Positions 19,806 to 29,432 of a stretch of 50,820 nucleotides of DNA are shown here, piece after piece; the stretch's first letter is position 1; the number at the start of each line of letters is the position of its first letter. Both the position numbers and the translations under genes were made by a program. The DNA is from Promethearchaeota archaeon (lineage in GTDB: Archaea > Asgardarchaeota > Lokiarchaeia > Sigyniarchaeales > SOKP01), in contig JAEOTS010000001.1 in the NCBI GenBank assembly GCA_016839745.1, positions 1 to 50,820 of the forward strand, written 5' to 3'. The notes beneath the pieces are model-generated. The model was not told the origin of the DNA and made no database searches. It worked only from the letters and a program-made list of their open reading frames with translations.

Positions 19806-20087
19806 TTAGTCTTTTATATTTTCTAACAATGAAATTATCCGATATATTGTCGTACGTGAATGAAATGGAATATTTGCATCTTGAGACAAATCTGTGATCA
19901 TGTACATAACATTGCTTGCAAGAACTGCAGGTGTATCGTCGTCACGCTGTAATTCATCAATTCCCTTCTGAGCAACGCGTTTGATGTTTCTTGGAACTCC
20001 TCGGTCTTTGATCATGCCATTTAATAGATAATCGACTTTTTCAAATGTATCAAGTATTTCTTCTGTAAATTCATTACCCCTCGGCAA
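19806..20087 (-). CDS. UPF0147 family archaeal protein
   Basis: D.GVPRNIKR.A and DANIPFHSRTTIYRIIS.LE. Confidence 0.9.
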   Translation of the reverse strand: MPRGNEFTEEILDTFEKVDYLLNGMIKDRGVPRNIKRVAQKGIDELQRDDDTPAVLASNVMYMITDLSQDANIPFHSRTTIYRIISLLENIKD

Positions 20088-20232
20088 TATTATCCCACCA
20101 GAGTATTTGTTTAAATAAAAAATTAATTAAAAATCTCAGTATCTTGCTTTTTTTGAATATTCATTGAAATTTAATTTTTTTGATTTTAAAAAAAATAGAA
20201 CATATTAAGAGGTAGAAAATTAAATTTAAAAA

Positions 20233-23148
20233 TTAGAATATCCCAAATTCACGAATTTGTCTCGTTAATTTTGGAATTTCTCCCTCGCTAATGGTGATCT
20301 TTTCGTTATATTTATTGTATAACTTAGAAAACGCTTTAATATCTCCTTGATTTAAATCTCTTATAAAATTATACGAAATTTCAGAAATTTCCTTAAAAAT
20401 GTCATCAAATTTTTGTGTTATTTCTAACAAGTTCTTATCTATTTCCTTTAATTGCTTTCTTACCATATTTCGTAATTTTCCACGAGGTATTCTAATAGTT
20501 TCTATTAAGTTATCGCACCGATCTAGAAATTTATAAGTATTTACCTTGTTTTCTTCCGTTAATTTCGACTCAATAATTTCAGTGCGCCAAGTATTAATTC
20601 GTCCACGAGCAAAAGTATCAAAATTAAGCGATATAGAATCAATTCCTTCTCTAACTAAAAATCTTAAAAATTCTGGGTCGTCACTAGGGGCTTGTCCGCA
20701 AATTCCGACCTTTTTTTTTCGCGCGTGGGCGGTTTCAATTAAATGGCTAACTGATCTTCGAATAGATTCGCTATTAGTATTATACTCATAACTATTCATT
20801 AATGGAATCATTTTTTCGTTGTCTCGACCTACGCCATATGTTAGTTGGGTAAGATCGTTGCTACCTATACTGAATCCATCGAAATATTCGCAGAAGATAT
20901 CAGCACAAATAATGTTTGAAGGTATCTCAGCCATAACATAGACCTTAAGACCATCTTGACCCCTAACTAAACCTTCACTTTCCATAATCTCTATTATTTT
21001 TTTAGCTTCTGCAGGACTTCTACAAAACGGAAGCATGGGAATTATGTTAATTAGTCCCCATTCTCGTGCTTTCTTAATAGCTTTCAGTTCCAAAATAAAC
21101 GCTTCTTGGAATTCTTCATGAACGTAACGTGAACACCCCCTAAATCCAAGCATTGGATTATTTTCTTCTCCTTCGTATATCCATCCCCCAATTAGATTGG
21201 CATACTCGTTAGTTTTAAAATCTGAAAGCCGAACTACACATTCTCCTATTTCGCCGTTAGGTAATACCTTCCAAACACCTGCTGCAATTGTTGCAATTCC
21301 TTCCGCCAATTTTTCGATGTAATATTCTTCCTTGTCATCGTATCCCGTTGTTATTTCTCTAATCGTATCAATCGTCTCTTTTAATTTCACGATTTCCCTG
21401 TTAAATGGATCCTTATGGTATAAGTCGCTTTTCTTTATATTTTCTATTTTTTTTCTGTGTTCCAGTAGAACTCCATACCTCATAACTAAAGAATCAAACT
21501 CGATTAAAGCATTTGGATGAATTTTAATTTCGTCGTTTATTATAAACTCTAATCGGGCTAATCCTGTACCATCTGGATACTTACCTGACGAAAGAGCACC
21601 CTTTGGAATTCCTAAGTTAACCAAAACCTGAGTTTTTGTATGTGGGAGTTGTGAAAATTCGATCGAATCATAATCGTAACTGACATCTTTCAACCATATT
21701 CGCGGTTCCCCTTCACTACAATCGATGGTAACGCTTTCAAGGCCGTCTCGCTGTTTTTCCTTAATTTTTTCTATTATATTGTCTGCTCCGACTATTGAAG
21801 CGATATTTAACTCTCGGGATACTATCGCAGCATGACAAGTCGGGCCACCTTTTTCCGTAATAACGCCCCCTAAGTTCTGCATATAAGAAGTCCAATCGGG
21901 GTTAGTTTCTTCAGTAATTAAAATGTCCCCCTCCTCTAATAGATGGGCGTCGTTAATTGAAACGATTAGCTTGATTTTACCATATCCGATTCTGCGACCA
22001 ATTGCGGTTCCATTATTTTCTATTAAAAACCCATCTTCTATAAGTTTTATAGGATCTTCTAATAAATAATAGATTTCTTCGGTATCTCCTTTCTGTGAGT
22101 GAACAGTTTCAGGTCGAGCTTGTACTATATATACTTTTCCGTCGTTACCTAAAGCCCATTCGATATCCATACGTCGCTCGTAATGTTCTCGTATTTTAAT
22201 AGCATATTCTGCTAAAATTCTAACTTCTTCCTCAGCTAAACAAAACTGTTTTTGTCTTTCTAATTCCACCGGTAGAGTAATAGTCCCTCCTTTTTCCGAG
22301 TCAAATATCATCATCTGTTCTTTTTTGACTAATTCGCGACTAATTATTTGTAGCTTAGGACCGTGTTTGAATACAATAAACTCGTCTCCTTTCTCTACTC
22401 CTTGAACGATAAGTTCTCCAAGACCAACAGTTCCTCGAATCACAACTACATTTGGATTTCCCGAATCTGGATCTTCAGTAAACATAACGCCAGATGATTT
22501 TACTCCTTTTAATCCTCCAGCGATTTCTTGTACACCCACGCTTAGTTTAACTGTGAAGTGATCGAAACCAGCTCTCTCTCTGTACATAGTAGCTCTAGTT
22601 GTGAAAATTGACGCCATATCTTTAAGTATATATTCTAATATCTGATTTTCCCCTGAGATATTTAAATGTGTATCTTGCTGTCCAGCAAATGAAGCGTCAG
22701 GTAGATCCTCTGCAGTGGCAGAGCTTCTAATTGCAAAAGTACTTTCACTTCCGATCCGATCCACCAAAATGTGGTATGCTTCTAAAATCTCGTCGGCTAA
22801 ACTATCGGGTATTTTTGCTTGTTCAATTACGTACCTGATATCAGCACAGAATTTATCAACCTTTTGAATAGATTTTATGTCTTCTTTTTTAAGCTCCTCC
22901 GCGATCTTGTCGATATCTCGTTTAATATAATTCTTTAGCGTTATCTCTTCGTTCTTAATCCTGAAATAATTAGTCTCTAAAATATAATCATATGCATCTG
23001 CTGTAACTGCGAATCCTAAGGGTACTGGGATACCAAAGGAGAGAAGTTCTCCTAAAGAAGCGTTTTTTCCTCCAACAATACCCACATCATTAGCTCTAAC
23101 ATCGTCGAAAAATTTAATATAGCGAAAGCTTGGTTTTTCTTCTTCCAT
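20233..23148 (-). CDS. ppsA: Phosphoenolpyruvate synthase (pyruvate,water dikinase)
   Basis: VGGKNASLGE, RSSATAEDLPDASFAGQQDT, QARPETVHS, phospho-His TCHAAIVSRE, NPMLGFRG and FSIGSNDLTQ. Confidence 0.96.
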   Translation of the reverse strand: MEEEKPSFRYIKFFDDVRANDVGIVGGKNASLGELLSFGIPVPLGFAVTADAYDYILETNYFRIKNEEITLKNYIKRDIDKIAEELKKEDIKSIQKVDKFCADIRYVIEQAKIPDSLADEILEAYHILVDRIGSESTFAIRSSATAEDLPDASFAGQQDTHLNISGENQILEYILKDMASIFTTRATMYRERAGFDHFTVKLSVGVQEIAGGLKGVKSSGVMFTEDPDSGNPNVVVIRGTVGLGELIVQGVEKGDEFIVFKHGPKLQIISRELVKKEQMMIFDSEKGGTITLPVELERQKQFCLAEEEVRILAEYAIKIREHYERRMDIEWALGNDGKVYIVQARPETVHSQKGDTEEIYYLLEDPIKLIEDGFLIENNGTAIGRRIGYGKIKLIVSINDAHLLEEGDILITEETNPDWTSYMQNLGGVITEKGGPTCHAAIVSRELNIASIVGADNIIEKIKEKQRDGLESVTIDCSEGEPRIWLKDVSYDYDSIEFSQLPHTKTQVLVNLGIPKGALSSGKYPDGTGLARLEFIINDEIKIHPNALIEFDSLVMRYGVLLEHRKKIENIKKSDLYHKDPFNREIVKLKETIDTIREITTGYDDKEEYYIEKLAEGIATIAAGVWKVLPNGEIGECVVRLSDFKTNEYANLIGGWIYEGEENNPMLGFRGCSRYVHEEFQEAFILELKAIKKAREWGLINIIPMLPFCRSPAEAKKIIEIMESEGLVRGQDGLKVYVMAEIPSNIICADIFCEYFDGFSIGSNDLTQLTYGVGRDNEKMIPLMNSYEYNTNSESIRRSVSHLIETAHARKKKVGICGQAPSDDPEFLRFLVREGIDSISLNFDTFARGRINTWRTEIIESKLTEENKVNTYKFLDRCDNLIETIRIPRGKLRNMVRKQLKEIDKNLLEITQKFDDIFKEISEISYNFIRDLNQGDIKAFSKLYNKYNEKITISEGEIPKLTRQIREFGIF

Positions 23149-23393
23149 CGCAAAATCACAAAAAATTTATTTTTCTTTTACTCTCTTTTTTAAGTTTTTT
23201 AAGTTTTTTATAAATTGTCAATTTATGGGATACATAATCCTTTCTTCCCATCCTTAAAAAGTTAATTTCTCTATTTTAGTAATATTAGATAATTTTAGAC
23301 ACAATTGTAAGATTTTTATATCACTGTTTCTAGTTATTTATTACCGCGAAATTAAATTTACTAATAAAATTAATAGCGAGATGAATATGAAAA

Positions 23394-23720
23394 ATGCCAT
23401 ATCTATTTACAACGTCTTCTTACCCGACCGATTTAAGAGATGAGGTAGTCGAAGCTTATTTTAAAATGTTAAAAGAAATGCCTTTTGATAAATCTCTCGG
23501 AAAAGAAACAATACAGGTAGCAGTTACAACAAATCCTAAGGGAGTAGAGTCTTTAAGTATAATGAATGTAAAAGAGGGTAAACTTACGGAAGCCATATTA
23601 TGGACTTATAAAAGGATGACCTATTTTCAGTTAATCAAAGGATTTGAGTATAAAATTCGAGTGTGGACTACTATAGTAGAGGCGTTGGAAAGTATCAATC
23701 GAAGTTTACCAGACCAATAA
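23394..23720 (+). CDS. Hypothetical small alpha/beta protein
   Basis: 108-aa ORF followed by a T-rich tract. Confidence 0.6.
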   Translation: MPYLFTTSSYPTDLRDEVVEAYFKMLKEMPFDKSLGKETIQVAVTTNPKGVESLSIMNVKEGKLTEAILWTYKRMTYFQLIKGFEYKIRVWTTIVEALESINRSLPDQ

Positions 23721-23728
23721 AATAACTA

Positions 23729-23748
23729 TTTTTTTTTATTTTTCTTTT
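23729..23748 (+). terminator. Oligo-T archaeal terminator
   Basis: Long T-rich tract just after the stop at 23720. Confidence 0.45.
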
Positions 23749-23875
23749 AAAAAAGAAGTCAAAATGAGTAAATTCTGAATCTCCTCTTTCTTCAAAAAAA
23801 AAGATAATTAGAATTTTAGATTTTGATGAATTATTTACTGGAACTCCTTGATAAGAAATATAAATCTCTTTATTG

Positions 23876-24190
23876 TTATCCTTTTATTTGTTTTTTCAAT
23901 TTCACCATGATTGGGAGCATTTTAACTACTTCCATGGCAGGAGTGGATTTCATGGATCTAATAAAACCGGGTTTAGAGATTCTCCACATGTTAACATTCC
24001 TCGCGAGAGCTTCTTCACTGTCGGCTTCATCTATGCCAATACCCCAGTAATCCGAGGTACTCATATAAAATGCGATTTGTTTAACTCCTTCTGAGGGGAA
24101 GGCTTTTTTACTAATAAGCTCTTGAGCAATTTCAGATAATTCTGCGGGATCAAAATCAGGATTTAACTCCCAATATGAAATAAATATCAT
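23876..24190 (-). CDS. DUF3303-like small protein
   Basis: MIFISYW...P.EGVKQI...WG.GI.EADSEEAL...W...TPAM pattern; AGGTGG SD upstream. Confidence 0.6.
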   Translation of the reverse strand: MIFISYWELNPDFDPAELSEIAQELISKKAFPSEGVKQIAFYMSTSDYWGIGIDEADSEEALARNVNMWRISKPGFIRSMKSTPAMEVVKMLPIMVKLKKQIKG

Positions 24191-24473
24191 TTTTATTTAC
24201 CACCTATATAATTTAATTTTTAATATAATTTTTTTAGATTAGATTTCGATACAGATTACTAATTTATAATAAGTCATTTAAAATTTTACTTTACTGGCAA
24301 AAAAGACAGAAATTATTTGAAAAAAGCGTAATCTTATCAGGAGTAAATAAAAAAAGAGAAAAATGAAAATTAAGTGATTAAAAATGGAGTTACAAAAATA
24401 GTCTATTTCATATTTTTAAATCTTTTTTTTTTTAACTAATTTGTACTAGAAGAGGATACTAAAATTCTAATAG

Positions 24474-25010
24474 TTAATAAGTTTTTGAAATTTGATTTAA
24501 CTCTTCGTTAAATACTTCAAAATCCGGTTCTGAGAATAAACAGAAAACGATTTCTCTTATTTGAGTTTCTCCAGCAAGATATTCTTTAGCAGTCAGGATC
24601 ATAATTTTTGCGCATCTATCAATTGGATATCCAAAAATTCCAGTAGATATAGCAGGAAACGCGATTGTTTTTAATCCATGCTCGTCCATTAGTTTAAAGC
24701 TGTTTAAAACTGCGCTTCTTAATTTAATATCTTCATTACCTTTACCCATACGAGGACCCACAGCATGAATTACATGTCTAGCTTTTAAATTTCCTCCAGT
24801 TGTAATAACTGCGCCCCCTACGAATGTGCCTCCTATTTTATCACATTCCATTTGAATTGCTGCTCCTCCTTTGCGTCTAATTGCGCCAGCTACTCCTCCA
24901 CCTAAAATTAATTGAGCATTCGCTGCGTTAACGATAACATCTGTGTTTAATTCTGTAATATCTCCTTGAACCAACTTTATTATAGAATTTTTAACTTTTA
25001 TTTCTTTCAT
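24474..25010 (-). CDS. Macro domain protein (ADP-ribose binding/hydrolase)
   Basis: QGDIT, IVNAAN, GGGVAGAI, IHAVGP and AFPAISTGIFGYP. Confidence 0.95.
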   Translation of the reverse strand: MKEIKVKNSIIKLVQGDITELNTDVIVNAANAQLILGGGVAGAIRRKGGAAIQMECDKIGGTFVGGAVITTGGNLKARHVIHAVGPRMGKGNEDIKLRSAVLNSFKLMDEHGLKTIAFPAISTGIFGYPIDRCAKIMILTAKEYLAGETQIREIVFCLFSEPDFEVFNEELNQISKTY

Positions 25011-25062
25011 CTAAAATTTAAACTCTTATATTAGTGTTTTAAAAAAAGTATAGAAAAGAAAT

Positions 25063-25803
25063 TTATTCTGATGAAGGTTCCTGATCTTTCTTTAAAATCT
25101 CATCGAGTTTTGATCGATCTTCCTCGCTCATTTTACTCATTGCTTCCATATTTTGTCTCATTAGGTCCATCATAACTTTCTGTGAAATTAACTGACTTAA
25201 AACCGGTAACGCAATTCTCATACGAGTCAGTTCGTAAAACATTTGTTTGGCAGTATCTCTCATTTCCTTTAGATCGTCCTTAGTCATGCCCTCTTCACCA
25301 ATACCGGGGCATTCAACGTCAACAACCGTAAAATTTTTACCATCATATTCCAAGGGGTAAGTTCTACAACTTAAAGGACGATTATCGTAAACTAAACACT
25401 CGTTTTTCTCTTTATTATAGAGGGGACATTTTACTTCTAATAAGTCTTCGATGGGAACAGCTCCAAATGGATCTTTTGGTTTCTCTTCTTCTCCTTCTTT
25501 AGGAGGTGGTGGTAGGGGTTTAAGAACTAGATCAATTCCTCCGTCCGGTTTACTGTATATGTCCATATAAGGTAAAAAATTTGCTACAACGCCGTTTCTT
25601 GCCCATAATTCTAAGTCCCAAAAGGTAATTGGTATAGGTCCTCGATTTTGACAACATTTGTCACATCGGGTACATTTAAAAGTAAATTTTGCTTTAGGTT
25701 CTTCAGCATCAGTTTTCGCATCATTAATTTCTTTATCTTGTTTTGCTTCCTCAATTTCGTCTATTAATTCTGATTCTTCTTCATTTTTACTATTTTCCGT
25801 CAT
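25063..25803 (-). CDS. YkgJ-family CxxCxxCC cysteine-cluster protein
   Basis: CTRCDKCC...CPLY...CLVYDNRPLSCRTYP. Confidence 0.88.
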   Translation of the reverse strand: MTENSKNEEESELIDEIEEAKQDKEINDAKTDAEEPKAKFTFKCTRCDKCCQNRGPIPITFWDLELWARNGVVANFLPYMDIYSKPDGGIDLVLKPLPPPPKEGEEEKPKDPFGAVPIEDLLEVKCPLYNKEKNECLVYDNRPLSCRTYPLEYDGKNFTVVDVECPGIGEEGMTKDDLKEMRDTAKQMFYELTRMRIALPVLSQLISQKVMMDLMRQNMEAMSKMSEEDRSKLDEILKKDQEPSSE

Positions 25804-26039
25804 TTCTACACACTATCAATATTTTTTTTATACTTTAATTATTGTTTTTCAATTTGAAGAATAATACCTTGAAAAAAAAATTTATTTTTTTATGAGATAA
25901 ATTAGCACAATATTCTATAAATTTTAGTGATTTTTAGTTCTTTTAATTGCTCTACAAAAAGGTATTAATGAATTTTTAAATTAGTACATATATCTTAATT
26001 TTCGTTTAAAAACAATTAAACTTAAAATTAGTCTTTAAA

Positions 26040-27275
26040 ATGCCAGGACCGGGTATGGATATTATTGGTGAGGAAGAAAAAGAAGCTCTTTTAGAAGTAA
26101 TTGAATCTGGATATTTATATAGATATGGAGATTTACAAAATCCTAATTTCAAGGCAAAAGTTTGGAACTTGGAACGAGATTTTGCGAAATATACCAAAGC
26201 GACTTATGCTTTAGCAGTGAATTCAGGCACATCTGCCCTAATAACGGCCTTATGGGCTTTGAAAATAGGACCGGGAGACGAAGTGATAGTTCCAGGATAC
26301 ACCTTTATTGCAAGCATTACTTCAATTATATTTGCTAGAGCTATACCAATTTTAGCTGAAGTAGATGACACATTAACCCTTGATCCAAAGGATGTGAGAA
26401 ATAAAATTACTCCGCGCACTAAAGCTATTATGCTCGTACACATGTTAGGGAATCCTGGACACTTAGATGAATTAGTTAGAATAGCAGAAGAACACAATCT
26501 AATATTGATTGAAGATTGTGCTCAAGCTTTTGGTGCATCTTTTCGTGGAAAATCCGTGGGAACATACGGTAAAATGGGCGCTTTCAGTTTAAATGTCTAT
26601 AAAACGATTACAGCGGGTGATGGTGGAATGGTAATTACTAACGATGAAAATTTATATAAAAGAGCGTTTGCGATTCACGATCAAGGACATCTACCATTAC
26701 GGCAGGGAGTAGAACAAGGTAATAGAACTGTTCTAGGTTTAAATTTTAGGATGAATGAACTCACTGCTGCTGTAGCTGGAGCGCAACTGAACAAGATCAA
26801 ATATATTAAAGAAAAACTTCGGAGCAATAAGAAGTATCTAAAATCTATTCTTTCAAAAGTCAAAGAGATTAGATTTCGAAGAATACTCGACGAGGAAGGC
26901 GATGTAGGAACTCTTTTAACATTCTTCATGCCGACTGTAGAGAGCGCGGAAAATTTAGCAAAGAAATTAAATTGCACTACTATTGCTAAATCTGGTTGGC
27001 ATGTCTATAATAATATGGAACACTTTTTAAACCAGAATACTGTAACGGATGAAGGTTGTCCTTTTAAATGCGCTTATTACGAAGGGAAATCTGTTAAATA
27101 TAGTAAGGGCATGTTACCTTACACCGATGAACTCCTTAAAAGAGCTATCAATATTAGTGTAGGCGTTTCTGATGCGGGTCTCGGCTCCAATTTTGGTATT
27201 AGAATAAATAGTTCTGAAGAAGAAATTAAAACTAAAGGACAAAAAATTGTAGAATTGATTAGAGAAAGTTTGTAG
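26040..27275 (+). CDS. DegT/DnrJ/EryC1/StrS PLP-dependent aminotransferase
   Basis: NSGTSAL, GPGDEVIVP, IEDCAQA and FSLNVYKTITAGDGG (PLP lysine). Confidence 0.93.
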   Translation: MPGPGMDIIGEEEKEALLEVIESGYLYRYGDLQNPNFKAKVWNLERDFAKYTKATYALAVNSGTSALITALWALKIGPGDEVIVPGYTFIASITSIIFARAIPILAEVDDTLTLDPKDVRNKITPRTKAIMLVHMLGNPGHLDELVRIAEEHNLILIEDCAQAFGASFRGKSVGTYGKMGAFSLNVYKTITAGDGGMVITNDENLYKRAFAIHDQGHLPLRQGVEQGNRTVLGLNFRMNELTAAVAGAQLNKIKYIKEKLRSNKKYLKSILSKVKEIRFRRILDEEGDVGTLLTFFMPTVESAENLAKKLNCTTIAKSGWHVYNNMEHFLNQNTVTDEGCPFKCAYYEGKSVKYSKGMLPYTDELLKRAINISVGVSDAGLGSNFGIRINSSEEEIKTKGQKIVELIRESL

Positions 27276-27407
27276 TTTATGAGTTATTTTGTAGTATCAT
27301 TTACTTAAAGAGTAACCAAAAAGAATCTAACAAATAATCTTAAATATTATTAACATTTAACTCTTGCATCTAGTCTCTAAGGAATTAATCAATAATCTCT
27401 GGATATA

Positions 27408-28475
27408 ATGAAAATAAATTTTACTAATAAATACCTGGTTTGGGTTGGATTATCAATAATTCTGATATTAGGTTTTATACTTAGTATTCTCATACCTCTT
27501 CTTGCTTCAGATTTAAGTAGTGTTATTCTATTTATTACAATCTTTTTATTATTCGTCGTTCAAGCCTATTTAATATTGAAGTTTGTCGGGACGAGATTAG
27601 ACAAAAACCAAAAATTTGGCATCATATTATATCACTCGTTAAATTTACTGTTCACTGTTGTAATAGGATTTTCCATACCTCTAATGGAATCTGATTTTAG
27701 AAATAATACCGGAATAGTAATGCTTCCAATGGTTTTGATATTAGGTTTAATTATAACGGATAAATACGATAAGAATATTAAAAATATTCACTACGATCAA
27801 GATTTAAATGATATTAAAGCACAAGATAAACCGGTAATTGAGTTTGAAGATAAAAAATATGTATTCTCTGTAAACTCCCTATTGCTATTAGGGATTGGCA
27901 CACCTTTATTAGCCTATGGAATATACCTATTTTTTGATACCGAAGCTCAATTTTGGTTGCACGAAATTGTAGTCAAACAAACGGTATATTTCCTCAATTT
28001 ATTCTTTAATATGGATGTGTCACCAAGTTATGCTCCTGTTGGTAAGTATCACTGGAGTTTTGATTTTGTAGGCAATATCAATGGTGATCCGTTAGGGAGT
28101 ATTTTCTTTGAGACATTTTGTACTGGAATTCAAGCAATTTGCGTATTTGCGGGTATTATTATATGCGTTCCCCATTCTCGAGATAAAAACACAAATAAAG
28201 ATATTATTTGGAGAAAAACTAAAGCACTAGTCGTTTCTTCTCTTATATTTTACGTGGTAAATATTATTCGGATGCTAATTCAAATTGAATTGTATTATCT
28301 TGGTTACCCTTGGGAAAGTATTCATGTATCTATCAGTGCTGCTAGTTCATTTATAGCAGCAATAATTATCCTTTTACTTCATAAGTGGATCCCCGAATTT
28401 ATAATCAGTATCATTTATGCTGGCACTTTAATTAGCAAAAAATTTAAACAGATACGAAATCCAAAAGAAGATTAG
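27408..28475 (+). CDS. Archaeosortase/exosortase family protein (probably the Lokiarchaeal archaeosortase H type) with an extra N-terminal TM domain
   Basis: Catalytic triad pattern FCTG (Cys), NIIR (Arg) and WESIH (His) in a multi-TM protein. Confidence 0.8.
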   Translation: MKINFTNKYLVWVGLSIILILGFILSILIPLLASDLSSVILFITIFLLFVVQAYLILKFVGTRLDKNQKFGIILYHSLNLLFTVVIGFSIPLMESDFRNNTGIVMLPMVLILGLIITDKYDKNIKNIHYDQDLNDIKAQDKPVIEFEDKKYVFSVNSLLLLGIGTPLLAYGIYLFFDTEAQFWLHEIVVKQTVYFLNLFFNMDVSPSYAPVGKYHWSFDFVGNINGDPLGSIFFETFCTGIQAICVFAGIIICVPHSRDKNTNKDIIWRKTKALVVSSLIFYVVNIIRMLIQIELYYLGYPWESIHVSISAASSFIAAIIILLLHKWIPEFIISIIYAGTLISKKFKQIRNPKED

Positions 28476-28529
28476 TAATATTTTAATGATACTAATTGTT
28501 CACTAAATCAAATTTTTTTAGGGATTATT

Positions 28530-29432
28530 ATGTTGAATTTTGAAAAAGAACAAAAAGTAGTAGAAATTGGACCTACTCGTATAGGAGGTCAACCGGGAGA
28601 AAATCCCGTTGTTATGATTGCTACCGTTTTCTATACTAATCACGCTGCTTTATTAGACGAAAAAACGGGTGATTTCGATAAAAAACTCGTAGAGCAGGAA
28701 TTAAACGAATATTCAGAGATTATCGAAGAAACTGGAATGCAGGGGATAATTGATATAGTTGGAGCTTATCCGGAAGCTTTATTGAAAGAATGTGAATTTG
28801 TAGCTGATATTGTCGATTATCCATTTTTAGTTGATGGTCTGAACGATAATTCGCGAATTCCGGCAATGGAAGGCTTAAAAGAGGTGGGACTTTCGGATAG
28901 AGCCATCTTAAACAGTTTAGACGAAGCTACATCTGAAGAAAGTCTTACTAAAATGAAAGAAATAGGTGTAAAATCCGCTGTTTTATTAACTTTCGGAAAT
29001 AGATACATATTTCCTCACCAAAAGATAGAATTTCTAAAGAATGTATTGATCCCGAAAGCACAAAAAGCTAATATTGAAAATATTATTGTGGACACAGCAG
29101 TGTTAGATTTACCTTCAATTGGAATTAATGTTGAAACCACGAGATTAGTAAAATCTGAATTAGGATTACCTACTGGGTTTGCTCCCGCTAACGCGATTTA
29201 TGGATGGGATTTTGTTAAAAAATATGGCAGTAAATCTAGATGTGGTGGAATTACTTCATTAATGGCTTATTGTATTAATGCTGGAAGCGATTTTGTATTA
29301 TTTGGACCTATAAAATTTGCTAAATGTGTTATTCCTGCCATGGCTCTCATATCAGGAATAAATTCTTATTATCGTAAACGAATTTTGAGGAAGAAAATTT
29401 CGGATCGAACTCCATTGAAGCACATTTTTTAA
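28530..29432 (+). CDS. Tetrahydromethanopterin S-methyltransferase subunit H (MtrH) family protein
   Basis: FEKEQKV.EIG...IGGQPGENP...T.FY, ILNS, IVDTAV and DFVLFGPI; no other mtr genes nearby. Confidence 0.85.
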   Translation: MLNFEKEQKVVEIGPTRIGGQPGENPVVMIATVFYTNHAALLDEKTGDFDKKLVEQELNEYSEIIEETGMQGIIDIVGAYPEALLKECEFVADIVDYPFLVDGLNDNSRIPAMEGLKEVGLSDRAILNSLDEATSEESLTKMKEIGVKSAVLLTFGNRYIFPHQKIEFLKNVLIPKAQKANIENIIVDTAVLDLPSIGINVETTRLVKSELGLPTGFAPANAIYGWDFVKKYGSKSRCGGITSLMAYCINAGSDFVLFGPIKFAKCVIPAMALISGINSYYRKRILRKKISDRTPLKHIF

